From: a virus
Taxonomy: Duplodnaviria; Caudoviricetes
Length of the DNA: 25,983 bases
Reading direction: 5' to 3' (one strand)
Virus record (IMG/VR): IMGVR_UViG_3300021108_000010
Location: 1 to 25,983 of that record
Shown: one piece after another, positions 16,925 through 25,953 of the stretch
How positions within the stretch are numbered: the stretch's first letter is position 1
Layout: each line of letters begins with the position of its first letter
The notes under the pieces: generated by a model
What the model was told of the DNA's origin: nothing
The model's database searches: none
Seen by the model: only the letters and a program-made list of their open reading frames with translations
Translations under genes and position numbers: made by a program

Positions 16925-17899
16925 ATGTCAGATAAGGATAATATCGAAATGGAAGAGTCTGCAGGTTCAGAAACACTGAAGCCAGGTGCAGGTTCGTCCA
17001 CCGTTGAAAAGCTTGCGACCTTCACATCACTACTAGCTCAGCTTAAGGGTGACGATCTTTCTCACTTCCTTAATGATGCGCTTGCACAGATCGGCAAGGA
17101 AGCAGACCTAACACCTTCAGCAACCGCTCCTGGTGGTAAGCCAGCTCTTGGCCAGATGCCACGTGCAACTCTGGGTGCTGTCAAGGAAGACATCAGCGCA
17201 ATGTTCGCTGGTGAAGATCTTACAGAAGAATTCAAGGAAGGTGCATCAACACTTTTCGAAGCGGCTCTTACCGCTCGCATGAATCTTGAAACCCTTCGTC
17301 TTGAAGAAGAATTTGCTGAAGCACTTTCTGAAGAAGTCGATGGTGTCAAGGAAGAAATGACAACCAAGATCGATCAGTATCTTGACTATGTTGTTGAACA
17401 GTGGATCGAAGAAAACAAGCTCGCGATTGAAACATCGCTTCGTGCACAGATTGCAGAGAACTTCATGGATGGTCTCTATAATCTATTCGCCGAATCATAC
17501 ATCACCGTTCCAGAAGATCGTGTTGATGTTCTCGGTGAACTTCATGCACATATCGAAGAACTCGAAGCAAAGCTTGATGAATCGATCAACACACAACTTG
17601 AGCTTCAGTCAGTAATCGACGAAGCAACACAAGAAGCTACATTTGACGAAGTCAGCGAAGGTCTTGCTGCAACCCAGGTTGAAAAACTTCGTACACTTGC
17701 AGAAGGCATTGACTTCAACGATGTTGAAACATATGCCAGAAAGCTTAATATCATCAAGGACAAGTACTTCACCGAAGGTAAGAAGGTTGTCTCGACGGGT
17801 GTTATTACTGAAGAAGCAGAAGAACTAACTGAACAGGTTGCTCCGGTACCTGCTCATATGGCTCACTATGCTGCAGCTATTTCAAGAACTGTAAAATAA
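16925..17899 (+). CDS. gp22: Prohead core scaffold protein gp22
   Basis: Acidic coiled coil; L.EEFK....TLFEAA, YLDYVVEQW..EN.LAIE..LR..IAE.F..GL..LF.E.Y. Confidence 0.92.
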   Translation: MSDKDNIEMEESAGSETLKPGAGSSTVEKLATFTSLLAQLKGDDLSHFLNDALAQIGKEADLTPSATAPGGKPALGQMPRATLGAVKEDISAMFAGEDLTEEFKEGASTLFEAALTARMNLETLRLEEEFAEALSEEVDGVKEEMTTKIDQYLDYVVEQWIEENKLAIETSLRAQIAENFMDGLYNLFAESYITVPEDRVDVLGELHAHIEELEAKLDESINTQLELQSVIDEATQEATFDEVSEGLAATQVEKLRTLAEGIDFNDVETYARKLNIIKDKYFTEGKKVVSTGVITEEAEELTEQVAPVPAHMAHYAAAISRTVK

Positions 17900-17905
17900 T
17901 AAATA
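17898..17905 (+). promoter_or_regulatory. Late promoter variant AATAAATA for gp23
   Basis: One mismatch to consensus, overlaps the gp22 stop, upstream of AAGGAG RBS. Confidence 0.6.
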
Positions 17906-17946
17906 AAATACCAAACCAAGATACCAAAGGGTAAAAGGAGAATACA

Positions 17947-19299
17947 ATGTTAGCTGAGGAAGTCCAAAATAAGTGGAAGCCCGTTCTGGAGCACGCCGAT
18001 CTGCCTACGATCGAAACTGCCCACAGACGTGCTGTCACCGCACAAATTCTAGAAAACACTGAAAACGCTCTGCGCGAAGACATGCAGAACGGTGTTTCAC
18101 AGCAGCTTCTTGGCGAATCGCCAGTGAACGTTGCTGGTGGCGTTTCAAACTTTGATCCAGTACTTATCTCGCTGGTTCGCCGTTCGATGCCAAATCTGAT
18201 CGCATACGATATCTGCGGCGTTCAGCCAATGACTGGTCCAACTGGTCTTATCTTCGCAATGCGTTCGAAGTATGCTAACTCAAGCGCGCTTGGTGCTGAA
18301 GCATTCTACAACGAAGCAAACACAGGTCACTCGTCACGCCTCGGCGCTGGTGTTGATGCTGCTAATACTGGTGCTGCTACTGCAACATCGGTTGGTGCCA
18401 ACACTGTTGGTACTGCTCCTGGTTCATCAAACAATGCTGGTAACTCAACGTACAACTACACGATGGGTCTTCTGCTTGGAACAGGCGAACTGCTTGGTTC
18501 GAACAGCACCTACATCTTCCCAGAAATGGGCTTCAGCATCGAAAAGGTTACCGTATCTGCAAAGACACGTGCCCTCAAGGCTGAATATTCGCTTGAACTT
18601 GCACAGGATCTGAAGGCAATTCACGGTCTTGATGCTGAAACAGAACTCAGCAACATCCTCTCGGGTGAAATCCTTGCTGAAATCAACCGCGAAGTTGTTC
18701 GCTCGATCATCATCACTGCCGAGCGCGGTGCTGCTGACGGTACAACAACTGCTGGTATCTTCGATCTTGATACCGATTCAAACGGCCGTTGGTCAGTTGA
18801 AAAGTTTAAGGGTCTTCTGTTCCAGATCGAACGCGAATGCAACCAGATTGCTAAGCAGACACGTCGTGGTAAGGGTAACATCATCATCTGCTCGTCAGAT
18901 GTTGCTTCAGCTCTTCAGATGGCTGGTGTTCTGGATTATGCTCCAGCGCTTAACAGCAACAACCTAAACGTTGATGATACTGGCAACACCTTCGCTGGTG
19001 TTCTCAACGGTCGTATCAAGGTTTATATCGATCCATATGCAGGCACCAACTTCTTGGTTGTTGGCTACAAGGGTTCGAATGCCTTTGATGCAGGTCTGTT
19101 CTACTGCCCATACGTTCCGCTTCAGATGGTTCGTGCTGTTGATCCTAACAGCTTCCAGCCAAAGATCGGCTTCAAGACACGTTACGGCATGGCACCGAAT
19201 CCATTCGCTAAGGGTACAACTGCAGCCGATACGACTGCAACTCTTGAGCAGGATTCGAACAAGTACTATCGTCGCGTTCTTGTTAACAACCTTATGTAA
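17947..19299 (+). CDS. gp23: Major capsid protein gp23
   Basis: FDPVLISLVRRSMPNLIAYDICGVQPMTGPTGLIFAMRS; RALKAEYSLELAQDLKAIHGLDAE; FQPKIGFKTRYG. Confidence 0.98.
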   Translation: MLAEEVQNKWKPVLEHADLPTIETAHRRAVTAQILENTENALREDMQNGVSQQLLGESPVNVAGGVSNFDPVLISLVRRSMPNLIAYDICGVQPMTGPTGLIFAMRSKYANSSALGAEAFYNEANTGHSSRLGAGVDAANTGAATATSVGANTVGTAPGSSNNAGNSTYNYTMGLLLGTGELLGSNSTYIFPEMGFSIEKVTVSAKTRALKAEYSLELAQDLKAIHGLDAETELSNILSGEILAEINREVVRSIIITAERGAADGTTTAGIFDLDTDSNGRWSVEKFKGLLFQIERECNQIAKQTRRGKGNIIICSSDVASALQMAGVLDYAPALNSNNLNVDDTGNTFAGVLNGRIKVYIDPYAGTNFLVVGYKGSNAFDAGLFYCPYVPLQMVRAVDPNSFQPKIGFKTRYGMAPNPFAKGTTAADTTATLEQDSNKYYRRVLVNNLM

Positions 19300-19329
19300 T
19301 AAGAGTTGGTTAACCAACCACAAACTGAG

Positions 19330-19362
19330 GGAGGGGGATCGAAAGGTCTCCCTCCTTTTTTT
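19330..19362 (+). terminator. Rho-independent terminator after gp23
   Basis: GGAGGGGGATC-GAAA-GGTCTCCCTCC stem (two G.U pairs) followed by T7. Confidence 0.9.
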
Positions 19363-19363
19363 A

Positions 19364-19392
19364 TGTACAATATAAATAAACTGTGTTATAAT
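19364..19392 (+). promoter_or_regulatory. Sigma70-type promoter TGTACA-N17-TATAAT (extended -10 TGn) with a late TATAAATA (19371-19378) nested in its spacer
   Basis: TGTACA 19364-69, TG 19384-85, TATAAT 19387-92; TATAAATA 19371-78. Confidence 0.7.
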
Positions 19393-19421
19393 GATCATAT
19401 CAGCTTTAAGGTAATACTATA

Positions 19422-19922
19422 GTGGTTAAGTCAACAAACCCCAATTTCCTATCACCACTCAGTTACAAGTTCGTGTTGGCTCGTACTCCCAATCTGAACT
19501 TTAACGTACAGACGGTTCGTCTACCTGGTATGACTCTGTCATCAACAGAGACTGCCACGCCGTTTGTTTCTATTCCTAATTCTGGTAAGATTACATATTC
19601 ACCACTGACTATAACATTCCGTGTGGCCGAGGATATGACCGACTATCTTGAGATCCATAACTGGATGAAGGGTCTTGGTTCTCCTACTGATTTCACCGGA
19701 TATGCCAATCTACAAAACAGTTCCGCTGGACTATACTCTGATGCAACTCTTGTCATCAACAATAGTCGCCGACTTGGAAATATCTCGGCAAAGTTTATTC
19801 AGTTGTTCCCTATCGATATCTCCGATCTGCAGTTTACTACCATGGACGTTGACGTAAACTATATTGAATGTACAGTAGATTTCCGCTTCCTAAGCTACGA
19901 AATAGGTGTACTTAATTCATAA
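19422..19922 (+). CDS. gp3: Tail completion / tube terminator protein gp3
   Basis: NFLSP..YKF...R.P...F..Q...LPG; F.V.EDM..YLEIHNWM.GLG.P; SDATL; FP..ISDL.F; position after gp23; GTG start. Confidence 0.88.
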   Translation: MVKSTNPNFLSPLSYKFVLARTPNLNFNVQTVRLPGMTLSSTETATPFVSIPNSGKITYSPLTITFRVAEDMTDYLEIHNWMKGLGSPTDFTGYANLQNSSAGLYSDATLVINNSRRLGNISAKFIQLFPIDISDLQFTTMDVDVNYIECTVDFRFLSYEIGVLNS

Positions 19923-19935
19923 TTCGTGATATAAA
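19907..19935 (+). promoter_or_regulatory. Putative sigma70-type promoter for uvsY (TGTACT-N17-TATAAA, TGn)
   Basis: TGTACT 19907-12, TG 19927-28, TATAAA 19930-35; very close to the start at 19943. Confidence 0.5.
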
Positions 19936-19942
19936 GGTTATT

Positions 19943-20377
19943 ATGAAGATAGATGATATATACGTACAGTGGGAGCAAGACTCCCACATCGACCGTTCAG
20001 AACTCGGTAACGAGGCACTGAATATCCCCAAACTCCATCACAAGTACTTCAAGATCTTTACGAATGAACGTCTAGTTCTTCGTAAGTATGAAGCTGAATT
20101 CAAACAACTGAAGCTTGCTAAGAACGAGTTCTTTACCATGGGTCCTACCGAGGCAACTCATGCCAAGGGCTGGAAGCTTCCACCTCAGGGCAAAATCATC
20201 CGTTCAGACGTGAATAACTATATAGAGGCGGATCAAGAGGTGATTAATATGTCGTTGCGTATTGGTGTCCAACAAGAAAAGATCGAGCTTCTAGAATCGA
20301 TCATTAAATCCCTGACAGGCCGCGGCTTCAATATCAAAGCGGCGATTGAATGGGAAAAGTTCAAGGTAGGTATCTGA
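19943..20377 (+). CDS. uvsY: Recombination mediator UvsY
   Basis: W.QDS.ID...L..EAL.IPKLHHKY; YIEAD; R.F.IK.AIEW.KF. Confidence 0.9.
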   Translation: MKIDDIYVQWEQDSHIDRSELGNEALNIPKLHHKYFKIFTNERLVLRKYEAEFKQLKLAKNEFFTMGPTEATHAKGWKLPPQGKIIRSDVNNYIEADQEVINMSLRIGVQQEKIELLESIIKSLTGRGFNIKAAIEWEKFKVGI

Positions 20378-20565
20378 TGTATTTTTATCAAGCACAATGG
20401 TGGGATGATGGCAATCAGTTTGGAAAATTGCGACAAACTCGTGAAGAAGCCATTGCCGATCTGGCTGCTATGGGTTGTCCGGTAGACGAACTAGTCGACA
20501 CTGGTTTACATGTGCCAATGTATGATCCTGGTATGGGATACGGCATTGCAGTCACTAGAGTTTAA
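20377..20565 (+). CDS. Small hypothetical protein (62 aa)
   Basis: TGATG coupling to the uvsY stop with AAGGTAGG upstream; stop 2 nt before the uvsW start. Confidence 0.6.
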   Translation: MYFYQAQWWDDGNQFGKLRQTREEAIADLAAMGCPVDELVDTGLHVPMYDPGMGYGIAVTRV

Positions 20566-20567
20566 GA

Positions 20568-22043
20568 ATGGCAGATGTCCACCTAAAATTTATTAATAGT
20601 GTACACATAAAGGTATGTGCAGATCCGTCAACCATTATGGAGTTGTCGGATCAATTAACATTCTACGCCGATAACTATAAGTGGCATCCCAAGTACAAGG
20701 CCAGGATGTGGGATGGTAAGATACGGTTAGTGAATAACCTATCTGGTACAGTATATGCCGGCATGGCACAGAGAATCAAGAAGTTCTGTGATGCACGTGG
20801 ATACACACTGACTTTTGATGATGAACTAGTATATGCCAACGTATCTGAACATGAATTAACTGAATTCATCAAAACTCTAAACATCCCTGAGAAGTATCAG
20901 ATCCGTGACTATCAGTTCAAGGCAATTATAAAATGTATTAGATCCGGTCGTAGAACACTAGTAAGTCCTACGTCATCTGGTAAGTCTCTCATGATCTACA
21001 TTGTTATGAGATGGTATCAACAACACAAAGGCCTAATCATCGTTCCTACGATCGGTCTGGTCGGACAGATGGAAAGTGACTTCAGAGATTATGGATACTT
21101 GGGTGATGTACACGTTAGTACTGGTGGTCTTAGCAAATCTAATGATATCCCTGCTGAACTTGTCATTACTACTTGGCAGTCGCTCAACAATGGCAAAAAC
21201 AAAATGCCAAAGCAATGGTACGGCCAATTCGGGTGCGTGTTTGGAGATGAAGCTCACGGATGCAAGGCAACGAGCCTCGTACAAATCCTATCTAGCCTCG
21301 AAGCCTGTCGTTACCGCTTCGGCTGCACAGGAACGCTGGATGGACACGCTCTCAACGAAGCAACAATCGAAGGACTCTTCGGCCCACAGTATAGATCGAC
21401 GACAACCGTCCAGTTGATGGAGGATGGACATGTTTCGAAACTTAAGATCAAGTGCATCATACTGAAGTATCCTGACGATGAAAAGAAACTGTTCCACACG
21501 ACGGTTAACAAGAAGAAGAAAACCTACCAGGAAGAGATTGACTATCTGGTAAACAATGAGAAACGTAATAAGTTCCTCAAGAATCTGACACTGTCACTCA
21601 AGGGAAACAAGCTACTATTCTTCAGGATTATTGACCATGGAAAACTATTACATACCGCCATTAGTTCAGTGTCTGACCATAATGTTTTTTACATTGATGG
21701 TAGTGTATCAGGCGTGGACCGGGAAAGTATCCGTCGCGCTATTGAAGATGAGGAGAATGCTGTCCTCATTGCGTCGCTAGGAACCACATCAACCGGTGTG
21801 AGTATCAACAAGCTTCACCATATGATTGCTGCATCTCCATCCAAGTCAAAGATCAAGGTACTTCAGTCAATTGGTCGTATGCTACGTATGCATGCAGAGA
21901 AGGATGTGGCAATTCTCTATGATATAGTTGACGACCTATCATACAAGTCACAGACTAACTTTACATTGAACCATTTCTTGGAACGGTGTAAGATCTACGA
22001 TGCTGAGAAGTTCGATTACGAAATTTACAATGTGAGGTTATAA
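20568..22043 (+). CDS. uvsW: SF2 DNA helicase UvsW
   Basis: WDGKIRL; RDYQ; SPTSSGKS; GDEAH; G.TGT; LQSIGR.LR; LYDIVDD. Confidence 0.95.
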   Translation: MADVHLKFINSVHIKVCADPSTIMELSDQLTFYADNYKWHPKYKARMWDGKIRLVNNLSGTVYAGMAQRIKKFCDARGYTLTFDDELVYANVSEHELTEFIKTLNIPEKYQIRDYQFKAIIKCIRSGRRTLVSPTSSGKSLMIYIVMRWYQQHKGLIIVPTIGLVGQMESDFRDYGYLGDVHVSTGGLSKSNDIPAELVITTWQSLNNGKNKMPKQWYGQFGCVFGDEAHGCKATSLVQILSSLEACRYRFGCTGTLDGHALNEATIEGLFGPQYRSTTTVQLMEDGHVSKLKIKCIILKYPDDEKKLFHTTVNKKKKTYQEEIDYLVNNEKRNKFLKNLTLSLKGNKLLFFRIIDHGKLLHTAISSVSDHNVFYIDGSVSGVDRESIRRAIEDEENAVLIASLGTTSTGVSINKLHHMIAASPSKSKIKVLQSIGRMLRMHAEKDVAILYDIVDDLSYKSQTNFTLNHFLERCKIYDAEKFDYEIYNVRL

Positions 22044-22408
22044 TGATTAGAATTTATACTTTGGTTAACGGTGAGCAAATCATTGGTAACCAAGAAAGCA
22101 CTAGCGGCGGTGTTCATATTCATCACCCGTTCTATGTTATGGAAATACAAGATAAACATAGCATTATACTAATAAATGTGTGTACATTTACCGACCAACA
22201 GTATATAGTGGTACAAGATAAGCACATAGTCTTTTCAATTCCAGCCAGTGAAAGCATGACTCGTTACTACGAGGCTTTTGTAGCATCCAGCAAAAATACC
22301 GATACAACAAAGATGATCAATGCTGCTATCAAGGATATTGAGAATATGGAAGAGAATATGCAGGAGCTTATCTCTAAAAGACTCGTAGGCGGGTCAACAA
22401 TCAACTAA
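22043..22408 (+). CDS. Conserved hypothetical protein between uvsW and gp55 (possible Sm-like beta fold)
   Basis: TAATG coupling; N-terminal I..L.NGEQIIG pattern; syntenic position. Confidence 0.65.
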   Translation: MIRIYTLVNGEQIIGNQESTSGGVHIHHPFYVMEIQDKHSIILINVCTFTDQQYIVVQDKHIVFSIPASESMTRYYEAFVASSKNTDTTKMINAAIKDIENMEENMQELISKRLVGGSTIN

Positions 22409-22417
22409 GGATATACT

Positions 22418-22999
22418 ATGAACGAGTCAATGCCCAACCCGGCCAAAAAGAAGAAGGCCAATAACTACATCGATAACAAGAAGTTCTACACAGAGATGGT
22501 AGTATACCGTCGACTCTATGAAGAATCTCTTGAAGCCGGTGAGAAACGTCCTCTCGTATCTAGGTACATTGGTGAGTGTATCATGCTCATTGCCACACGA
22601 CTGGCAACTCGGCCAAACTTTGTCGGGTACTCTTATAAGGATGAGATGATCTCTGATGGCATTGAGAACTGTCTAGCATATCTCCATAACTTTAATCCTG
22701 AGAAGTCGACTAACCCATTCGCATACTTTACTCAGATTATCTACTACGCTTTCCTTCGTCGTATTCAAAAGGAAAAGAAGCAACTATACATCAAGCATAA
22801 GAGCTTTGAGAACAGCATGATCATGAATACGCTGGTCGACATGGCACCTGAAGATCGAACACACTACTCTGCAGCCTTTATAAATGTATCTGAGAAACTT
22901 GGTGAATTGGTGGAGAAGTTTGAAGCCAAAAACATACCAGTATCAAAGCCTAAAAAGGGCATAGAAATATTTATCGAAGGTGATGAAAATGAAGCTTAA
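22418..22999 (+). CDS. gp55: Late-transcription sigma factor gp55
   Basis: YIDNKKF; YIGECIM.IA..L...PNF.GY.YKDEMISDGIENC..Y.HNF.PEKS.NPFAYFTQI.YYAFLRRI.KEKKQ. Confidence 0.95.
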   Translation: MNESMPNPAKKKKANNYIDNKKFYTEMVVYRRLYEESLEAGEKRPLVSRYIGECIMLIATRLATRPNFVGYSYKDEMISDGIENCLAYLHNFNPEKSTNPFAYFTQIIYYAFLRRIQKEKKQLYIKHKSFENSMIMNTLVDMAPEDRTHYSAAFINVSEKLGELVEKFEAKNIPVSKPKKGIEIFIEGDENEA

Positions 23000-23159
23000 T
23001 AATATTCCAGTTTTAATCCAACAACTTGCTGAGAATGCACTGGACTTAAAGACTCCAGAACACATCCGCTACAATTATATGATTTCATTAGAAAATATTC
23101 GTGCGTATTGTGATAAGACGCTGCGTGAATACAATGATAAGAGTAAGGCTGGTCGTTAA
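22989..23159 (+). CDS. Small hypothetical protein (56 aa), absent from the ORF track
   Basis: GAAGGTGA RBS. Reads MKLNNIPVLIQQLAENALDLKTPEHIRYNYMISLENIRAYCDKTLREYNDKSKAGR*. Its TAA overlaps the gp47 ATG (TAATG). Confidence 0.7.
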   Translation: MKLNNIPVLIQQLAENALDLKTPEHIRYNYMISLENIRAYCDKTLREYNDKSKAGR

Positions 23160-24220
23160 TGAAAATTGCTTTAATCACGGATACCCACTGGGGTGCACGT
23201 GGGGATAGTCCTGCGTTTGCAGAGTATTTTAATCGGTTCTACTATGATCACTTTTTTCCATATCTTGCAGACAACGGTATCACCAACATCTTCCATCTTG
23301 GTGATATTGTAGATCGTCGTAAGTATATCAACTTTGTCACTGCTCGACACCTACGTAAGTTCGTACAGCATTGTGACTCATCAGGAATTAGACTCGATGT
23401 AATCATCGGGAACCATGACACCTCGTTCAAGAATACGAATGAGGTAAACTCAATGAAGGAGCTCTTTGAGCATTCAACCTATGATATCAACTACTATGAT
23501 AGCCCAACTGTTGTTAATCTCGGTGGTACCGATATCGGTGTACTTCCTTGGGTATGTTCTGGAAACTATGATGAGAGCATGGAGTTCCTACAAAATACCC
23601 CCGCACAAATCCTTTTTGGCCACCTCGAAATCGCCGGTTTCGAGATGTATAAAGGTGCAGTAAATGACCACGGATTCGAATCTAAAATTTTTGATAAATT
23701 TGATCTCGTGTGTTCTGGCCATTTTCATCATAAATCTACTCGTGGTAATATCAATTATCTGGGAGCTCCTTATGAAATGTCTTGGTCTGATTATAATGAC
23801 AGTCGGGGATTTCATATATTTGATACGGAAACGAGGGAACTGACATATATTCAGAACCCACTGAAGATGTTCAATAAGATCCACTATCATGACCAGGATA
23901 AGACTCTGGATGAACTGATGAATGTCGACTGGGATTATTACAAGGGGTCATATGTCAAACTGATCGTCCACACCAAGACCAATCCTTACTGGTTCGATAT
24001 GTTCGTTGACAAGATCGAGAAGGCTGGTGTGCTGGATCTGCAGGTCGTGGATGATAACCTGAACCTTCAGATGGAGGACGATGGCGATATTGTCAACGAG
24101 GCCGAGGATACACTGACAGTGCTTAACAAGGTGGTTGACCAGGTCGATTCACGAGTCGACAAAAAAGTGTTGTACAATTTCCTCAGTTCACTGTATAATG
24201 AAGCTTTGAGTGTGGAGTAA
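23159..24220 (+). CDS. gp47: Recombination endonuclease subunit gp47 (Mre11/SbcD-like)
   Basis: Metallophosphoesterase motifs DTHWG, LGD.VDRRK, GNHD, GHLE, SGHFH. Confidence 0.95.
   Translation: MKIALITDTHWGARGDSPAFAEYFNRFYYDHFFPYLADNGITNIFHLGDIVDRRKYINFVTARHLRKFVQHCDSSGIRLDVIIGNHDTSFKNTNEVNSMKELFEHSTYDINYYDSPTVVNLGGTDIGVLPWVCSGNYDESMEFLQNTPAQILFGHLEIAGFEMYKGAVNDHGFESKIFDKFDLVCSGHFHHKSTRGNINYLGAPYEMSWSDYNDSRGFHIFDTETRELTYIQNPLKMFNKIHYHDQDKTLDELMNVDWDYYKGSYVKLIVHTKTNPYWFDMFVDKIEKAGVLDLQVVDDNLNLQMEDDGDIVNEAEDTLTVLNKVVDQVDSRVDKKVLYNFLSSLYNEALSVE
24171..24199 (+). promoter_or_regulatory. Sigma70-type promoter for gp46 inside the gp47 3' end (TGTACA-N17-TATAAT)
   Basis: TGTACA 24171-76, TATAAT 24194-99, A-tract at 24161-66 upstream. 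Confidence 0.65.
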
Positions 24221-24222
24221 TC

Positions 24223-25953
24223 ATGATTCTATTTAAAACTGTTCGTTGGCAGAACATGCTGTCGACCGGCAACCAGTTCACAGAGGTGGCACTGGATCGT
24301 AGTAAGTCAACATTGATCGTCGGGGAAAACGGGGCTGGTAAGTCTACGATCCTCGACGCACTGTCGTTTGCTTTGTACGGTAAGCCGTTCCGTAACATCA
24401 ATAAGCCACAACTCGTCAATTCTATGACACAGAAGAATTTAGTTGTAGAATGCGAGTTTATGGTGGGATCTAAGCATTTTTGTGTTAAACGCGGCATTAA
24501 ACCTCAAATCTTCGAAATCTATCAAAATGGTGAAATGATAAATCAAAATTCATCCGCCAGGGATTATCAAGAGTATCTTGAGAAGAGTATTTTGAAATTA
24601 AGTTTCAAGAGTTTTGGCCAAATTGTCATTCTCGGCAGTGCAAATTACTTGCCGTTCATGCAATTGCCTGCACATGCTCGCCGTGAGGTCATTGAGGATC
24701 TTCTGGATATCCAGATCTTTACTACGATGAACAACCTCCTCAAGGAGAAGATCACTACTAATAAGTCAGCAATCACTGATACCGACTACCAGATCAACCT
24801 GATTGAGAATAAGGTTGAGATGACCCTAAAGCATATCAACTCACTGAAGACCAACAACGATCATTTGATCCGCCAGAAGGATGAGATGATCAAGGAGATC
24901 GATACGCTGGTGTGTCAGGCAGAACATGACATTGCCGTGCAGAACGGTATCCTAGATACACATTCTGCTAAGATAGCAGATGCCGAGAAGGTCGCGAACA
25001 AGAAGTCAAAACTGGTAGAGTTGGAGAGTCAACTTGAGAGCAAGGTACGTACTCTCAAGAAGGAGATTCGGTTCTATCACGACAATGACAGTTGCCCGAC
25101 CTGCCGACAGGGAATCGACCACGACTTCAAGAACGAGACAGTTACAGATCGCCAGTCTAAGGAACAGGAGATCACTGATGCCTTGGTCAAGATTGAGGAT
25201 GAGATTACCACAATCAATACTCGTATTGCTGAGATCACTGCAATCAATAAGGAGATCACGGCTATTAACACAAAGATCACCGAACTCAACTCTGACATCC
25301 GATCGTGGAATTCTAGTATTTGCACACTAGAACAGGAGATCAAGAATCTTAAGAAGAACACGACAGTCATTGATGAGAGCAAGGAAGATTTGCATGTACT
25401 TAATAGCCATCTTATTGTACAACAGAAGTACAAGGAAGAACTGGCTAATGAGCGGTCGGTGATTGAGGTTGCCGGTGTTCTACTTAAGGACTCTGGCATC
25501 AAGACCAGAATTATTAAGCAGTACGTTCCCATAATGAACAAGCTTATCAATAAATACCTCGCGGCCATGGACTTCTTTGTCCAATTTGAATTGGATGAAA
25601 ACTTCAATGAAAAGATTAAATCACGTTTTAGAGACGAGTTCTCTTATGCATCTTTCTCCGAGGGCGAGAAAAGTCGTCTTGATCTTGCTCTTATGTTTAC
25701 CTGGAGGGCTATTGCTAAGTTGCGTAATTCTGCTTCCACCAATCTTCTTATCTTGGATGAAGTCTTCGACTCGTCATTAGATACCTCTGGTAATGACAAT
25801 CTTATGGATATACTATCAAATATAACAGATGGAAATATCTTTGTTATTAGTCATAAAGGTGATCAGCTCTATGATAAATTCCATTCTGTTATTAAATTTG
25901 AAAAACATAGCAATTTTTCAGTAATAAAACAAGAGAAACAAGAGAAAGTATAA
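24223..25953 (+). CDS. gp46: Recombination endonuclease ATPase subunit gp46 (Rad50/SbcC-like)
   Basis: Walker A GENGAGKS; coiled coils; zinc hook CPTC; signature FSEGEK; Walker B LLILDE; ISH. Confidence 0.96.
   Translation: MILFKTVRWQNMLSTGNQFTEVALDRSKSTLIVGENGAGKSTILDALSFALYGKPFRNINKPQLVNSMTQKNLVVECEFMVGSKHFCVKRGIKPQIFEIYQNGEMINQNSSARDYQEYLEKSILKLSFKSFGQIVILGSANYLPFMQLPAHARREVIEDLLDIQIFTTMNNLLKEKITTNKSAITDTDYQINLIENKVEMTLKHINSLKTNNDHLIRQKDEMIKEIDTLVCQAEHDIAVQNGILDTHSAKIADAEKVANKKSKLVELESQLESKVRTLKKEIRFYHDNDSCPTCRQGIDHDFKNETVTDRQSKEQEITDALVKIEDEITTINTRIAEITAINKEITAINTKITELNSDIRSWNSSICTLEQEIKNLKKNTTVIDESKEDLHVLNSHLIVQQKYKEELANERSVIEVAGVLLKDSGIKTRIIKQYVPIMNKLINKYLAAMDFFVQFELDENFNEKIKSRFRDEFSYASFSEGEKSRLDLALMFTWRAIAKLRNSASTNLLILDEVFDSSLDTSGNDNLMDILSNITDGNIFVISHKGDQLYDKFHSVIKFEKHSNFSVIKQEKQEKV
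25927..25944 (+). repeat. 9-bp tandem duplication AAACAAGAG x2 at the gp46 3' end
   Basis: Direct reading; underlies the C-terminal KQEKQEKV. Confidence 0.8.

Noticed and set aside
20350-20376. Start at 20350 for the small ORF after uvsY
   Set aside because: Lies inside uvsY; ATG 20377 has an RBS and stop-start coupling
22879-22886. TATAAATG near-match to the late promoter inside gp55
   Set aside because: Mismatch at a conserved position and about 100 nt from the next start; likely chance
22996-23178. Minus-strand 60-aa ORF between gp55 and gp47
   Set aside because: Shadow of the better supported + strand gene 22989-23159
579-25780. Numerous short minus-strand and alternative-frame ORFs (e.g. 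11474-11869, 18964-19398, 25077-25607)
   Set aside because: All overlap well-conserved + strand genes, show no recognisable motifs, and are expected shadows of codon bias
5373-25953. Introns/inteins in terminase, portal, capsid, UvsW, gp46/47; alternative genetic code
   Set aside because: These ORFs are continuous with expected lengths and motif order, and TAA, TGA and TAG all act as normal stops at gene ends
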